A DNA stretch of 64,000 bases from Thermoplasmatales archaeon (GCA_027372655.1 DAICVC010000011.1:72138-136137); one strand, 5' to 3'. Positions 31,205 to 41,808 are shown, numbered from the stretch's first letter. The notes: generated by a model from the sequence alone, not told the origin. Program-made: numbers and translations.

Positions 31205-31879
31205 GTGAATATCGAAGAAAAGATTGCAGGAGAGATAGTTTTATCGGAAAATCCAAACGAGACCCTGAAAAAGTGGAGGGAGGAGTTTAATATACAGAAA
31301 AGCGAACTTGCAAAAGAAATGGGGGTAAGCCTTTCGATGATAAGTGATTACGAAAAGGGAAGAAGACAATCTCCGGGAATTGGAACAATCAAAAAATTTG
31401 TTGCGGCTATGATGGTTATTGAAAACAGGCACGGAGGCACCATCCTCAGGAGATATAAATCAGGGGTTCCGTACGAGGCAGTGATTGATATAAAAGATTA
31501 TGATAGGGACGTAAATCTTAGAACGATAATAAACAAAATAAAAGGAAAGGAGGTATCAAATGCCAGAACGGACAGATATATCAGGGGATATACCATAGTC
31601 AATGGAGTTAAAGCAATCCTCACTTTCTCATACAGTGAATATAGTGTACTTTATGGATGGTCCAATGAAAGAGTGATATTTTTTACAGAGGTAAAAATGG
31701 GAAGAAGCCCAATGATTGCTATCAGGGTACATCCTCTAAAACCGGCAGCTGTGGTCTATGTAAATGCAGACAGAGTCGATGATCTGGCAATTAAAATTTC
31801 TGAGGTTGAAAATATTCCTCTTATAACTACTGAAATGAACACAGATGAGATTTCCAGGCAGATTTCATCAATAAAGTAG
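31205..31879 (+). CDS. Archaeal HTH transcriptional regulator (COG1709-like)
   Basis: KIAGEIVLS, ISDYEKGRRQSPG, GRSPMIAIRV, KPAAVV. Confidence 0.88.
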   Translation: MNIEEKIAGEIVLSENPNETLKKWREEFNIQKSELAKEMGVSLSMISDYEKGRRQSPGIGTIKKFVAAMMVIENRHGGTILRRYKSGVPYEAVIDIKDYDRDVNLRTIINKIKGKEVSNARTDRYIRGYTIVNGVKAILTFSYSEYSVLYGWSNERVIFFTEVKMGRSPMIAIRVHPLKPAAVVYVNADRVDDLAIKISEVENIPLITTEMNTDEISRQISSIK

Positions 31880-32743
31880 TTAATTTTGAAATATTTTGTT
31901 AATAATGTAATTTGGATCGTATTCCATTAAGTCTGTGTGTTTCTGCCCGATTCCAAGAAAATAAATCGGTTTAGATAGATTCAGTGTCAATGAGAATATT
32001 GATCCACCTCTGGCCTCTGTGTCTAGCTTATTCAGCACGATCCCATCGAATGAAATATCCTTCAGGAATGCCTTTGCCTGTTCCATGGCGTCGCTTGCAG
32101 CGATTGCATCCACAGTAAGCAAAGTCAAATCTGGGTTCGCAACTCTCTTTATCTTTTTCATTTCATCCATTAGATTCCTGTTTGTTTGCATTCGACCAGC
32201 TGTGTCAATGATGACATAGTCTAAGTTCCTTGCATTAGCATGACCGATTGCATCGAAAGCAACAGCAGATGAGTCACTTCCTGCCTCCTGATGAATTACT
32301 CTTATCCCGAGTTCCTCCCCATGATAAAGAATCTGGTCTATGGCTCCTGCCCTGAAAGTGTCTGATGCAGCTATAACCGCTGACTTTCCATTCTTCTTCA
32401 GGTAATACGCAAGTTTGGCAACTGTAGTTGTTTTCCCAGTTCCATTTATCCCCACAAACATTATCACAAAAGGCTTCTTATTTACTTCCAGAACATTCTT
32501 GGCCGGCTTGACCTTCACAAGCACGCTGGTCATAATGGCCTTCATGGAGTTGATTCCCTCTTCTCTGGTAATTCTTTTTCTCTGCTGAAAGTTTGCCTCA
32601 AACCTATTCAGGATCTCTTCAGCTGCATCCATGGAAATGTCAGATTCAAGGAAAATCTCAAGATATTCTTCCCGGAATCTGCTTACTTCTATCTCACCGT
32701 TATTCCCCTTGAAGATGCCTGCAATCCTGTCTTTAAGAGACAT
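31880..32743 (-). CDS. ftsY: SRP docking protein FtsY
   Basis: GINGTGKTT, DTFRAGA, DTAGR, KLD, GIGQ. Confidence 0.95.
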   Translation of the reverse strand: MSLKDRIAGIFKGNNGEIEVSRFREEYLEIFLESDISMDAAEEILNRFEANFQQRKRITREEGINSMKAIMTSVLVKVKPAKNVLEVNKKPFVIMFVGINGTGKTTTVAKLAYYLKKNGKSAVIAASDTFRAGAIDQILYHGEELGIRVIHQEAGSDSSAVAFDAIGHANARNLDYVIIDTAGRMQTNRNLMDEMKKIKRVANPDLTLLTVDAIAASDAMEQAKAFLKDISFDGIVLNKLDTEARGGSIFSLTLNLSKPIYFLGIGQKHTDLMEYDPNYIINKIFQN

Positions 32744-33149
32744 CCTTATCTTCTTTCCTGCCAAGAGACCTCAGGAGCAAATCATATCTTCTAATAGCAT
32801 CTGCCCTCTGGTTGTTAAGTGTTTGAATTCCCTTGCTCACATCTTCCACCTGGGCCTTAATTCTTTCCACTGTCTTTTGACTGTCTTCTTCAATGAACAC
32901 ATCTGAACCTATGGCTACCATAACATTTTTGGAAGTTTCCACTTTTCCCTTTACAAAAATGCCTCCCCCGAGTGAAATCAGAGTTTCCGATGATTCTGGT
33001 ATTTCCTTAGACTGCAAAACTGCCAGAGCCTTTCCGAACTCCTCCAGTCCCTGAGTCATAACACTGATCTGTTTTTCTGTTGAACTAACATACGATTCTA
33101 GAAAAGCCAACTCTTCCCTTACAGCATTTTCATTGTTTCCATCTTCCAT
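32733..33149 (-). CDS. pfdA: Prefoldin alpha subunit
   Basis: Coiled coils flanking LISLGGGIFV...VAIGSDVFIE hairpins; adjacent to ftsY. Confidence 0.88.
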   Translation of the reverse strand: MEDGNNENAVREELAFLESYVSSTEKQISVMTQGLEEFGKALAVLQSKEIPESSETLISLGGGIFVKGKVETSKNVMVAIGSDVFIEEDSQKTVERIKAQVEDVSKGIQTLNNQRADAIRRYDLLLRSLGRKEDKDVS

Positions 33150-34399
33150 TACTTCACTTCCTGAAATTTTTGCCTGCTCTTTTTGAGAGCTTCTAATACG
33201 GGCATCGGTTCACCTGATAAATAACTTATCAGCGCTCCACCTCCAGTCGAAATATGGTCTATTTTGTGCGTCAACCCTAATATCTCCAGAGCCGAAATCG
33301 TGTGCCCTCCTCCAGCAAGTGTGACCGCTCCTGAATTTGATATTTCCCTCAGGATTTCGTATGTACCGGTGGAATATTCGCTGATTTCATACATCCCCAT
33401 TGGCCCATTTACAAAGATATTTCCTGCATTTTTTATTTCTTTGGAGAACTTTGCTATGGTATCAGGTCCAATATCCGCGATAATTTGATCATCCGGTACC
33501 TCTTCATTTTTCTCTATCCTCCTCTGGGATGGATTAAGTATGAAGTCCGTGGGAGTGATTATGAAATTCTTTCCCTGATCCACTATATCTTTGCAGATTT
33601 TCAGATATGCCTCATAGTTCCTATTGTTATGTTTAATGAAATCTTCATTCTTTCTTCCTATTTTCTTTCCCGTAGCCCATAGAAAAGCGTTGGCTACAAC
33701 ACCTCCAACGAGCACTTTAGAAACTATATTTCTCATTTGGAAGGATCGGGCTACTGAAATTGAGTCTTCTATTTTTGCCCCTGCTAATATTGCTATACTT
33801 TTTTTCTTATCGCTTTTAAGAAATCTTTCAATCGCTTCTGTTTCTGTCTGTATCAGAAGCCCAGCTATATTTGGTATCTTATTGGTGAAACCGGTTAATG
33901 ACGTCTGTCCTCTGTGGATGGCAGGAAATGCATCATTAATGAAAAAATCAGCAACCGAAGATAATCCTCTGACAAGATTGCTCTCTTCCATTGACTCATT
34001 GTCGACCGAGTCCAGAACAACGTCCTCTGAAAAAAACCTTGTATTCTCCAGCATAAGTATATCTCCCTTATTCATTTTCTTAATTTCTTGAATTGCAGAG
34101 GGGCCAAAAAGGGAATCACAGAAACGAACTCTTCTACCAATAATCCGTTCCATTCTCTTCGCGTGTCCCTCGAGCGAGATATAATCCGATTTTCCTGGTC
34201 TGCTTTGGTGGGCTAGGATTACCACTTTGGAATTCTTCAATCTGTCCAGTGTTGAAATGTGGGACCGAAATCTTGAATCCCCCATGATCTCTCCTGTTAC
34301 TGGATGAATTGGTGAATTAATGTCCAGCCTCAAAATTACAGTTTTGTCTGTCAAATCAAAATCATCCATGGTGAAGTACCCTCTTATTTCATCTGGCAT
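33149..34399 (-). CDS. pgk: Phosphoglycerate kinase
   Basis: RLDINSP, HQSRPG, LENTRF, NDAF..HR, GGGH, STGGGA. Confidence 0.96.
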   Translation of the reverse strand: MPDEIRGYFTMDDFDLTDKTVILRLDINSPIHPVTGEIMGDSRFRSHISTLDRLKNSKVVILAHQSRPGKSDYISLEGHAKRMERIIGRRVRFCDSLFGPSAIQEIKKMNKGDILMLENTRFFSEDVVLDSVDNESMEESNLVRGLSSVADFFINDAFPAIHRGQTSLTGFTNKIPNIAGLLIQTETEAIERFLKSDKKKSIAILAGAKIEDSISVARSFQMRNIVSKVLVGGVVANAFLWATGKKIGRKNEDFIKHNNRNYEAYLKICKDIVDQGKNFIITPTDFILNPSQRRIEKNEEVPDDQIIADIGPDTIAKFSKEIKNAGNIFVNGPMGMYEISEYSTGTYEILREISNSGAVTLAGGGHTISALEILGLTHKIDHISTGGGALISYLSGEPMPVLEALKKSRQKFQEVK

Positions 34400-34657
34400 T
34401 GCAAGGGAGATTTTCTTAGGACTTAAATTAATTATGTGTGTTTATATCGATCTTAGAGTTTTCTTCCCACCGTGTAGATACATTTTATTTAAAACTTTGT
34501 TTACTGTCGTTTTAATTGACAAAAATCTCATACACTACGTGGTGTTTGAAGTATGCTAAAATAAAATTCCTAAATATTATATTGGAGAATATCAGCAAAA
34601 AAAATATATATGTAAATATTTAAAACAAGATTTTATAATAATAAGCAATTTACCGGC

Positions 34658-35101
34658 ATGGTACATGAAATAAGTTCCGGTATTATCATATTCCGACGCA
34701 TGAGAGAAGTTCAGTTTCTCTTCCTCATGAAAAAGGATGGATACCTAGATTTTTCAAAAGGTCATATCGAAAAGGGTGAAAATAAATACACGGCTGCTCT
34801 AAGAGAGACAAAGGAAGAATGCGGAATAACCTGTAAGATAATAAAGGGGTTTGAAGTTGCAACCGACTATTACTTCTACTTTGACAGCAAAAATATCCAC
34901 AAGGAGGTCATATTGTTCTTGAGTGAAGTCAGTTCCTCTACAAAAGTTATAACTTCTGAAGAACATCAGGCATATGTGTGGTTAAATTTTGAGGATGCGA
35001 TGCTCTATCTGAAACATGAAAATCAGAAGGAGATCATAAGGAAAGCTTTAAAATATATTGAGGAAAAATTATATCCCCAAACTCAAACTGCAGCGTCCTG
35101 A
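34658..35101 (+). CDS. Nudix hydrolase (Ap4A hydrolase-like)
   Basis: KGHIEKGE...ALRETKEECG Nudix box, SEEH. Confidence 0.88.
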   Translation: MVHEISSGIIIFRRMREVQFLFLMKKDGYLDFSKGHIEKGENKYTAALRETKEECGITCKIIKGFEVATDYYFYFDSKNIHKEVILFLSEVSSSTKVITSEEHQAYVWLNFEDAMLYLKHENQKEIIRKALKYIEEKLYPQTQTAAS

Positions 35102-35102
35102 A

Positions 35103-37496
35103 CTATTTATTTTTTCTATTCTTTGACCAGGTTGATATTGCTTTTATCTCGAGAACTACGTCGGCAATCAGGATTAGGATTATAATGAGGTCAAATAGGT
35201 AAAGTCCCTGGAAGAGAGGAGTGTTTAGGATATTTAATTGCTGAATAGTTCCATTGGCACTATAAGAGATATAATAGTTCACAATTGAATTAAATGTGAA
35301 TGCCAGACTTTTGTTCAACTGGGAGACTTTCATTTCGTGACCGAGCGAAAGTTCTGCAGTGTTGTTGTTGGTGTATGTTAAAATCGGCGGTGGGACAACG
35401 TAAATTCCCCCATTGGGTGTGGAAATTGTGAAATTCAAATCCATAGTGCTCCCGGATGGGAGTGACGCGTTAGTAATGATGTCTTTTCCTTTCAGTGTAA
35501 TAACGTTTGCAGGATAGAGGTTTTGAATAAGAGACTCGTTTAGTTTTAAATTTTTAAGGGTTTCATTATCTGTATTTTTTACCTGTATATTTATAAAATG
35601 TTCATTCTTCCCTAACAACCCAGTTCTTTCATTCCACGAAAGATTGGCAGGAAATGTGTTATTGCTGATGTAATCAACTTTTGAAGTTTGTATGGTTCCA
35701 GAAACCTGAGTAAAGTTTAGATTACTTCCGAAGTTCAAGTAGGTTAGATTTCTGCTCTCCGATGAATATATGTGATACACGACTGTTGGTTTTGCACTGA
35801 TCATTTCAGGTATAGCGGAAATTATAAGGCTTGGATTGTCTGTGTTGAAAGACAGTGTTGTGTTGGAGTCAAGTATTCTACTTAACCCAATTTTATGAAT
35901 CGAGCTTGAAGAGGTAAAAACGTTGCTTTGTTCAAAGACGGATAGGGTGAAAGATGCCTGCCCAGAGAACGACTTGCCCAGGAAATTAGATCCTGCTATT
36001 GCGGAGACTAGGGGGAAATTGTTTAAGAAAGCACTGGCAAACAGATATGAATTTGCGTTTTTCAATCCAGTGTTCGTTATATGATTCAGGGATTCGTTCT
36101 TATAAAGGTCAAAATTTTGGTGGTCTCCTAGAAGAAGCGGATAGGAATTTTCCATGTTTGTACTGAACTGGCTGGGATTTAGTAAAAAGCCAACAATGAA
36201 TAAACTCATTGGATTTGATGAGCTTTGAGTCAGGACACCATTTGGAATATTTATACTCATGAGTATGTTTTGATTGGCACCTCCTATGGTTGAAATAAAA
36301 TTTGTATCGCTTGAAATAACCTTATTTTTCGTTTTTGTTACATTACCTACTGTTAATGTTATTATAAGACCTCCCTCTGCGTACGAAGCAATTTGGAGTG
36401 GTAAAGATTGTGAAATATTGTACCCTGTATTTATGGGAAAAGTCGAGATTCCATCTATCAACTGAGTGAGGTTGCATGAATATTCCAAAAAGGTTAGGGA
36501 ACCAGAGGGAAAGAGTTTAGAATACTTCGAAGCCGGGCTGGTAGAGTTCCCATATGCCCCGAATACTGTGTATAGATTCCCACTCGGACTCACAAAGCCA
36601 CCAGCGATTGAACAGGAAGCAAGTTGGGTATTGTTAGATAATGAATATCCCAAGTTTGACATTGATGTAAACAGATTGCCACTTTTAAGCCGGTAATCGC
36701 TGGTTTTTTGTACAGGGCTCATAACACCCGAAGAGTGTAATGGGATGGAAAAGGATGAGAAAACAATGGCAAGTATTACCAGAGCTATTATTGCTACTTC
36801 CACAATATTCTTTCCATCTTTTACCTCTAAAGGTCTTGATTTCTTAGTCTTCTTCCCGTTTATGAGCCTGCCTAATAATCCTCCCGTCAATGTAGCAAAA
36901 GTGAGCACTATTGCAAAATCTACTATTCCATAAATTATAAATTCCCGTGTAATTGCAGGAATGATACTGCTTATGTAACCCGTAATATTGGAGGTCGAAA
37001 TTCCACTGGTCGAAATCGAACTAAAAACTGAGAGAAGTCTGCCTATGAGTGGTTCGCCGAATATCTGCTGAAGGCTAGCTGTGGGTGGAGCAATCGGAAA
37101 GGAGCCTGGAGAATAATTTGTTAGGCTCTGCGAGGTGGTTAACTTTGTAGAAATTGTCTTTATCGTGGAAAAATTGCCTAAAATCATACTTACGCTGGCA
37201 ATTCCGGTGATGGAAAGAATTGATCCATAAATAGTGAGAGTTGAGACAAAAGCCTTTCTCCCCTTCCTGGCACCCAGCCCGATCAATATTCCTACTATGA
37301 TGTAAACTGGGATCAAAAAAGTATTTCGTAGTGGGTTTCCCAATAAAAATAGGAGATTTCCCATAACCAGTATTAACGCACCACCAAAGTATGGTTCAAG
37401 CCATCCGATAAGAGGGTAAAAACTGAGAGATAAGTAATAGTATGATAAAGCTAAAATGGCGACTGTTCCTATTAAATATGCTGAAAGTTTACCCAT
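35103..37496 (-). CDS. Large membrane protein with extracellular S/T/N-rich domain
   Basis: Several N-terminal TM helices, long S/T/N-rich region, C-terminal TM. Confidence 0.75.
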   Translation of the reverse strand: MGKLSAYLIGTVAILALSYYYLSLSFYPLIGWLEPYFGGALILVMGNLLFLLGNPLRNTFLIPVYIIVGILIGLGARKGRKAFVSTLTIYGSILSITGIASVSMILGNFSTIKTISTKLTTSQSLTNYSPGSFPIAPPTASLQQIFGEPLIGRLLSVFSSISTSGISTSNITGYISSIIPAITREFIIYGIVDFAIVLTFATLTGGLLGRLINGKKTKKSRPLEVKDGKNIVEVAIIALVILAIVFSSFSIPLHSSGVMSPVQKTSDYRLKSGNLFTSMSNLGYSLSNNTQLASCSIAGGFVSPSGNLYTVFGAYGNSTSPASKYSKLFPSGSLTFLEYSCNLTQLIDGISTFPINTGYNISQSLPLQIASYAEGGLIITLTVGNVTKTKNKVISSDTNFISTIGGANQNILMSINIPNGVLTQSSSNPMSLFIVGFLLNPSQFSTNMENSYPLLLGDHQNFDLYKNESLNHITNTGLKNANSYLFASAFLNNFPLVSAIAGSNFLGKSFSGQASFTLSVFEQSNVFTSSSSIHKIGLSRILDSNTTLSFNTDNPSLIISAIPEMISAKPTVVYHIYSSESRNLTYLNFGSNLNFTQVSGTIQTSKVDYISNNTFPANLSWNERTGLLGKNEHFINIQVKNTDNETLKNLKLNESLIQNLYPANVITLKGKDIITNASLPSGSTMDLNFTISTPNGGIYVVPPPILTYTNNNTAELSLGHEMKVSQLNKSLAFTFNSIVNYYISYSANGTIQQLNILNTPLFQGLYLFDLIIILILIADVVLEIKAISTWSKNRKNK

Positions 37497-37621
37497 TGGG
37501 AAGGCATATAAACTGTGGTTAAAAACTTTCTATAACATTCTATCTATATTTAACGACTTTTCAGGCAGTCCTTGAAAACAAACAGTAATTTTACCACTTG
37601 CTTATTCATTCCGTATAATTT

Positions 37622-38974
37622 ATTGGATTTCAGTATCTGAACGATTCTCTGGAATTTCTGAAAACAGTTCCAGACAAATCTGTTACGTTGACCGTGACTT
37701 GGCCTCCATATAACATAGGAAAAGTGTATGAGGAGAGGGTAAAGTTCCATGAGTACCTAGGATACCAAGGAAAGGTTGCGAAGGAATGCACTCGTATCCT
37801 CAGAGATGACGGGAACATAGCGTGGGAGTTCGGAAACTATGTATACAACAGGGAGATCTTCCCCCTAGACTATTTCTTCTACAGGATATTCAAAGAGGAT
37901 AACAATTTGAAGATGCGAAACCGTATTATTTGGCGCATCGGGCATGGACTCCATGCTTCACTGAGATTCTCAGGCCGTTATGAAACAATTTCGTGGTACA
38001 CCAAGTCGGATAATTACACCTTCAATCTTGATCCTGTAAGGATACCGCAGAAGTATCCTGGAAAGACACATTACCGTGGGAAAAATTACGGAAAGCCTTC
38101 CGGGAATCCTTTAGGAAAGAATCCTGAGGATGTCTGGGAGATGGTACTGCAGGATTGGGAAGCGGAAATGTGGGAAATTCCAAACGTGAAATCAAATCAT
38201 TCGGAATATACGAGTCATCCAGCACAATTTCCGATCGAACTTGTTCAATGTCTAGTTCTTGCATTGTCTAATGAGGGGGATACAGTACTTGATTCATTTG
38301 GGGGAGTTGGTTCATCCGGTCTGGCAGCCCTGTTACTCAACGGGAGGGCCATAAGCGTAGAAAAAGATGAAGGATATATCGATAAGACTCTGGAAAGAGT
38401 CATGGCTATGGCTAATGGAACTCTGGAGATAAGAAGACTTGGAACCAGAGTATGCGTACCAACTGGCAGGGAGAAAAATGGAAAAGAGTGCATTGAGCAT
38501 CACTTTGCCCAAGAATTGGAGGAGATATATCAGGTGATATCAAGCGTAAATCTTGAGGAATACAGAACCAAGGTCAGCAAAGAGAAGACCATGTCCGGAG
38601 AGATGCTTTACAGCCCACCTTGCCTGAACAAAGTTTACAAGGAAACGTTTAACTCACTTGGCTGGCGTGAATTTCGAATAAAGCTTCCTTTCGGTAACGG
38701 AGCGTTCAGAGAGATGGACTTTGTGAAGAATAGATTAGGTGTTGTGGTTCAGTTCGGAAAGTGTGCGTTCATTGCATACAACGTGTCTGCAAAGATGACA
38801 ATATTCAACAATCACAATATAATTGATGCTGGGGTTGAAATAGTCCCAATGAAGCGCATGGCGGATCAGATGTCCACTGGTGTGTCTTACTTTGAGCAGA
38901 TTAAGTGGGATTTGGAGAACATAGGAGTAGCAGATATAGATATACCTGTGATTGTGATGGGGATAGACGAATGA
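37622..38974 (+). pseudogene. Degenerate N4/N6 DNA methyltransferase fused in frame to BglII/BstYI-family restriction endonuclease
   Basis: TWPPYN (SPPY expected), HPAQFP, DSFGGVGS; then EMDFVK..GVVVQFGK (EVQ expected); 5' part lacks a proper start (TAA at 37616-37618). Confidence 0.75.
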
Positions 38975-39381
38975 GTGAAATTCCAAGATGGATTGGGTTT
39001 GCAGCATTTTTAATTCTAATATGGTGGATCTTAACGGGTTATTTCCATAATGAAGTTATCTATGCCTATTCAAGTACAAATCTTCCAAATGCGATGATAA
39101 TAGTTGACTCCATATTTTTCGGAGCTATTTTTGTGATGATTACTGTTTTCATTTCAATTGAAGGGATGACCTCAGGCGCCGAATATATAAGAAATGTTAT
39201 AAGAACGTTATTTAATATTTCTGGTGCAGTTACTCTCCTTATTATTGCAAACTTATCATCATACTTCGTCTCTGGTATATTAAAGGCTATTGCCATCTAT
39301 TATCAGATATGGACACTGCCGGCGTTTATTTTGTTATTTTACATTGAACTATTAAAAATTCAAGTGAGAAATCCTGAATAA
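38971..39381 (+). CDS. Small multi-TM membrane protein
   Basis: ATG overlaps REase stop (ATGA); about 4 hydrophobic segments. Confidence 0.55.
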   Translation: MSEIPRWIGFAAFLILIWWILTGYFHNEVIYAYSSTNLPNAMIIVDSIFFGAIFVMITVFISIEGMTSGAEYIRNVIRTLFNISGAVTLLIIANLSSYFVSGILKAIAIYYQIWTLPAFILLFYIELLKIQVRNPE

Positions 39382-39477
39382 TAAAATGAAGATTCTAATA
39401 ACTACACACTAAAAGTAGTAGAATGATCCTTTCGGTACGAATTTTATTCATTTCTGAACATTCTATCAGGAAGATGA

Positions 39478-40188
39478 TTAATCCTGAAAAGCCAGATAAA
39501 GAAATTCCTTCACTACGGACATCCCAATTCTTGCCTCATCAGTAGTAGTATCGGTTCCCTTGAAATGTGCCGCAGGTAATCTCAGTTTGTTTAAAGCCTC
39601 AAGTTTATTCATCAATCCTGCAGCAACAATATTCTTGTTTTTAATCTTTGAGATTAGACGTCCAAAAGTAACGTTATCAAAAGACTCATCCCATGCATTC
39701 TTCTTCGTCAAGTGTATTTTGATCACTCCTTCAAGTATACTCGTTGATAATGTAACTGCAGATTTGGAGAGATTATATCTGATGCACTTATTCAGTTCGT
39801 CAATTGCTGATAGTATATACTTTCCACTATCTTCTGAATTTACTTTATCCAAAATACTTTTAGGTATGTTAAGTTCTTTCAAATCCTTTAAAAGCTGTGT
39901 ATGAAGTGTAACATCTTTCTGATAAGGTTTGTTTGGCATTACTCTTTCGGACCATACTGCCTCATAAAGTATTGATTCTATTTCCTTAAAAGAGTGGAAG
40001 TCATATGTATCGTTATTAAAACCCGTTGCAAGTGTGTCCCAAGCATAGGAACCATCTGGACCAGTTGTTCCTGTGAAATTTTTCGATGACGGAAGCACAG
40101 CATTTCGATTGAAAGCTTCTACCTGTGCGCCAGCAACCGGATTTCCGTTTTCCAGAAATATCATCACTTCGTATTTTGTATATCCCAT
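39478..40188 (-). CDS. Ig/transthyretin-like N-terminal domain + HEPN-like (DUF4145-type) domain protein
   Basis: GNPVAGAQVEA...GTTGPDG beta-sandwich motif; SAVTLSTSILEG and LRLPAAH (Rx4H). Confidence 0.7.
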   Translation of the reverse strand: MGYTKYEVMIFLENGNPVAGAQVEAFNRNAVLPSSKNFTGTTGPDGSYAWDTLATGFNNDTYDFHSFKEIESILYEAVWSERVMPNKPYQKDVTLHTQLLKDLKELNIPKSILDKVNSEDSGKYILSAIDELNKCIRYNLSKSAVTLSTSILEGVIKIHLTKKNAWDESFDNVTFGRLISKIKNKNIVAAGLMNKLEALNKLRLPAAHFKGTDTTTDEARIGMSVVKEFLYLAFQD

Positions 40189-40237
40189 CTATCTCACCCG
40201 CTCCATAAATTGCGAAACATAGAACTTGTTAACCATA

Positions 40238-40769
40238 TCAACCAACACCCATATTCCTCAAAAGACTTTCTATATCCTCTAGCAAACTTGCCACATCCCC
40301 ACCAATCCTGCAAGGCCGTAAACCCCCATCAAGAGGCGGTCCAGAACCTTTCCCATTGATTTCAACCAGATTTAATTCTTCCAGCTTCTCCAATTCTCCT
40401 CGAACTTCAGGGTACTTTTCGATTGCTTTTGAATACGCGATCTCTTTGCTTTTCAAGAGATCGATAAGCAATCTCTGAGTTCCAGAAAGGAATTGATAAG
40501 GGGGGAAGTTTTCCTTCAGCGGCCAGTTCGGCGTTGAGGAGGTTTTCAGCAACGGTTTTTCCCTTTCCAGTTATTGAAATTGTATAAATTTTTAGAACGC
40601 CTTTATTTGAAGTCTTTACCAAATATCCACTATTTTCCAACGCATCTATAAGATTGTCTAATGCTTGGTGACTCTTTACAATATTATAAAAATCCGATTT
40701 TTTAAGAGGAGACTTTTTGTAAAGCTCAATCACAACAGATTTAGCATATTTAAAATCAAGCGGGTCCAT
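40238..40769 (-). pseudogene. Tandem winged-helix regulator split by +1 frameshift in C6 tract
   Basis: wHTH 40407-40769 (LENSGYL...ITGKGK) and second wHTH frame 40238-40552 (LEELNLV); removing one C at 40500-40505 joins them. Confidence 0.7.
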
Positions 40770-40816
40770 TTATAAATCTAATATTCCAATTGTACATTTA
40801 CATTTTGTTAAGGGCA

Positions 40817-40834
40817 ATTGGTAAAACAACCAAT
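40817..40834. promoter_or_regulatory. Putative operator palindrome ATTGGT-N6-ACCAAT
   Basis: Perfect 6-bp inverted repeat in the 75-bp spacer between divergent wHTH and AbrB genes. Confidence 0.4.
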
Positions 40835-40844
40835 AGGTGAAAAC

Positions 40845-41009
40845 TTGAAGTTGATTTTGAGGGTGAAAAATAATGGAAGGTGCCAAATTCCAATCGAGGT
40901 AAGGAATAATTTTAACATTTCTGAAGGTTCTGATCTTGTCATAGATTTACTCTAAATAGTAGATAGGGACAAAATTACGAAGCTTTCTAATTCCGATGAG
41001 GCAGCTTAG
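40845..41009 (+). pseudogene. AbrB/MazE/SpoVT-family DNA-binding protein with internal stop
   Basis: Not in ORF track; GGTGA SD + TTG, MKLILRVKNNGRCQIPIEVRNNFNISEGSDLVIDLL*(TAA 40953-40955)IVDRDKITKLSNSDEAA*. Confidence 0.65.
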
Positions 41010-41305
41010 ATGGATTCCCATTTTTTGAAAACTTAGGGGAGGGTATCTCCGAGGGAAACAAGCAGCCCCATTGTGCTGCCAAAAAACAGTGGAAAACAGG
41101 AGCTCATTCAAAACGACACAGTAATGACAAGCTCCTGCACCCAAAAGCGGGTAATATGTATGTATGGAAGGAACATAAATACATGGTTTGGGAAAACTGG
41201 CCATAATTCCCAAGGCATAAAAGGAACGGCTAAGAGCTTGCTATTGAGCCTCAGGAACGAGGGTGTCGCTGCAACACTAAAAGCAGCAATAAGAGGGGAA
41301 ACAGC

Positions 41306-41737
41306 ATGGATACAGAAACAGTAACTTGGAGAAACAGGATCTCACTTCACAGGCAGAAACAGGGCTTAAGGAATGAAAACGAATCAATCACGGGGAAAAT
41401 CATGCCAGAAGTAAGGACCTTCTACAAGGAAGTAAAGGATCTAAGGGGAGATATCGAACCGTATGAGGGTGAGGAAAATCTGATTGATCGCTTCAACGAA
41501 TGGCTTGAGACATTTACCAAAAGAATGGGACTGGAATCAGATTTCATGGATGCGGTCATGAATCCAGGCACCGGCATTGACAGGGCTTTTCACTCTCTTA
41601 AGATTGCTGGAACATATCGGGAAATCGGCATTTTGATGGTTGAATGGAACATGAAAGAGCGTGATAACCATTTCCTTAAGTCCATCAGGCACATAGACAT
41701 GACAAAAACTGTGGAAGGCGTCGGGATATGGAACTAA
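41306..41737 (+). CDS. Hypothetical protein (mobile-element-type)
   Basis: 143-aa ORF with GAGGGG SD, downstream of the AbrB gene. Confidence 0.55.
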   Translation: MDTETVTWRNRISLHRQKQGLRNENESITGKIMPEVRTFYKEVKDLRGDIEPYEGEENLIDRFNEWLETFTKRMGLESDFMDAVMNPGTGIDRAFHSLKIAGTYREIGILMVEWNMKERDNHFLKSIRHIDMTKTVEGVGIWN

Positions 41738-41808
41738 TCGCAAATTGTCCTAATACTATTTTTAGCTTTTTTCATATACTTATATATAAGATAAGAGTTC
41801 GTTAATGC

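Noticed and set aside
37500-37620. attL duplicate of the tRNA-Ser 3' end at the island's left border
   Set aside because: No copy of the tRNA 3' sequence could be seen by eye, and no integrase is present
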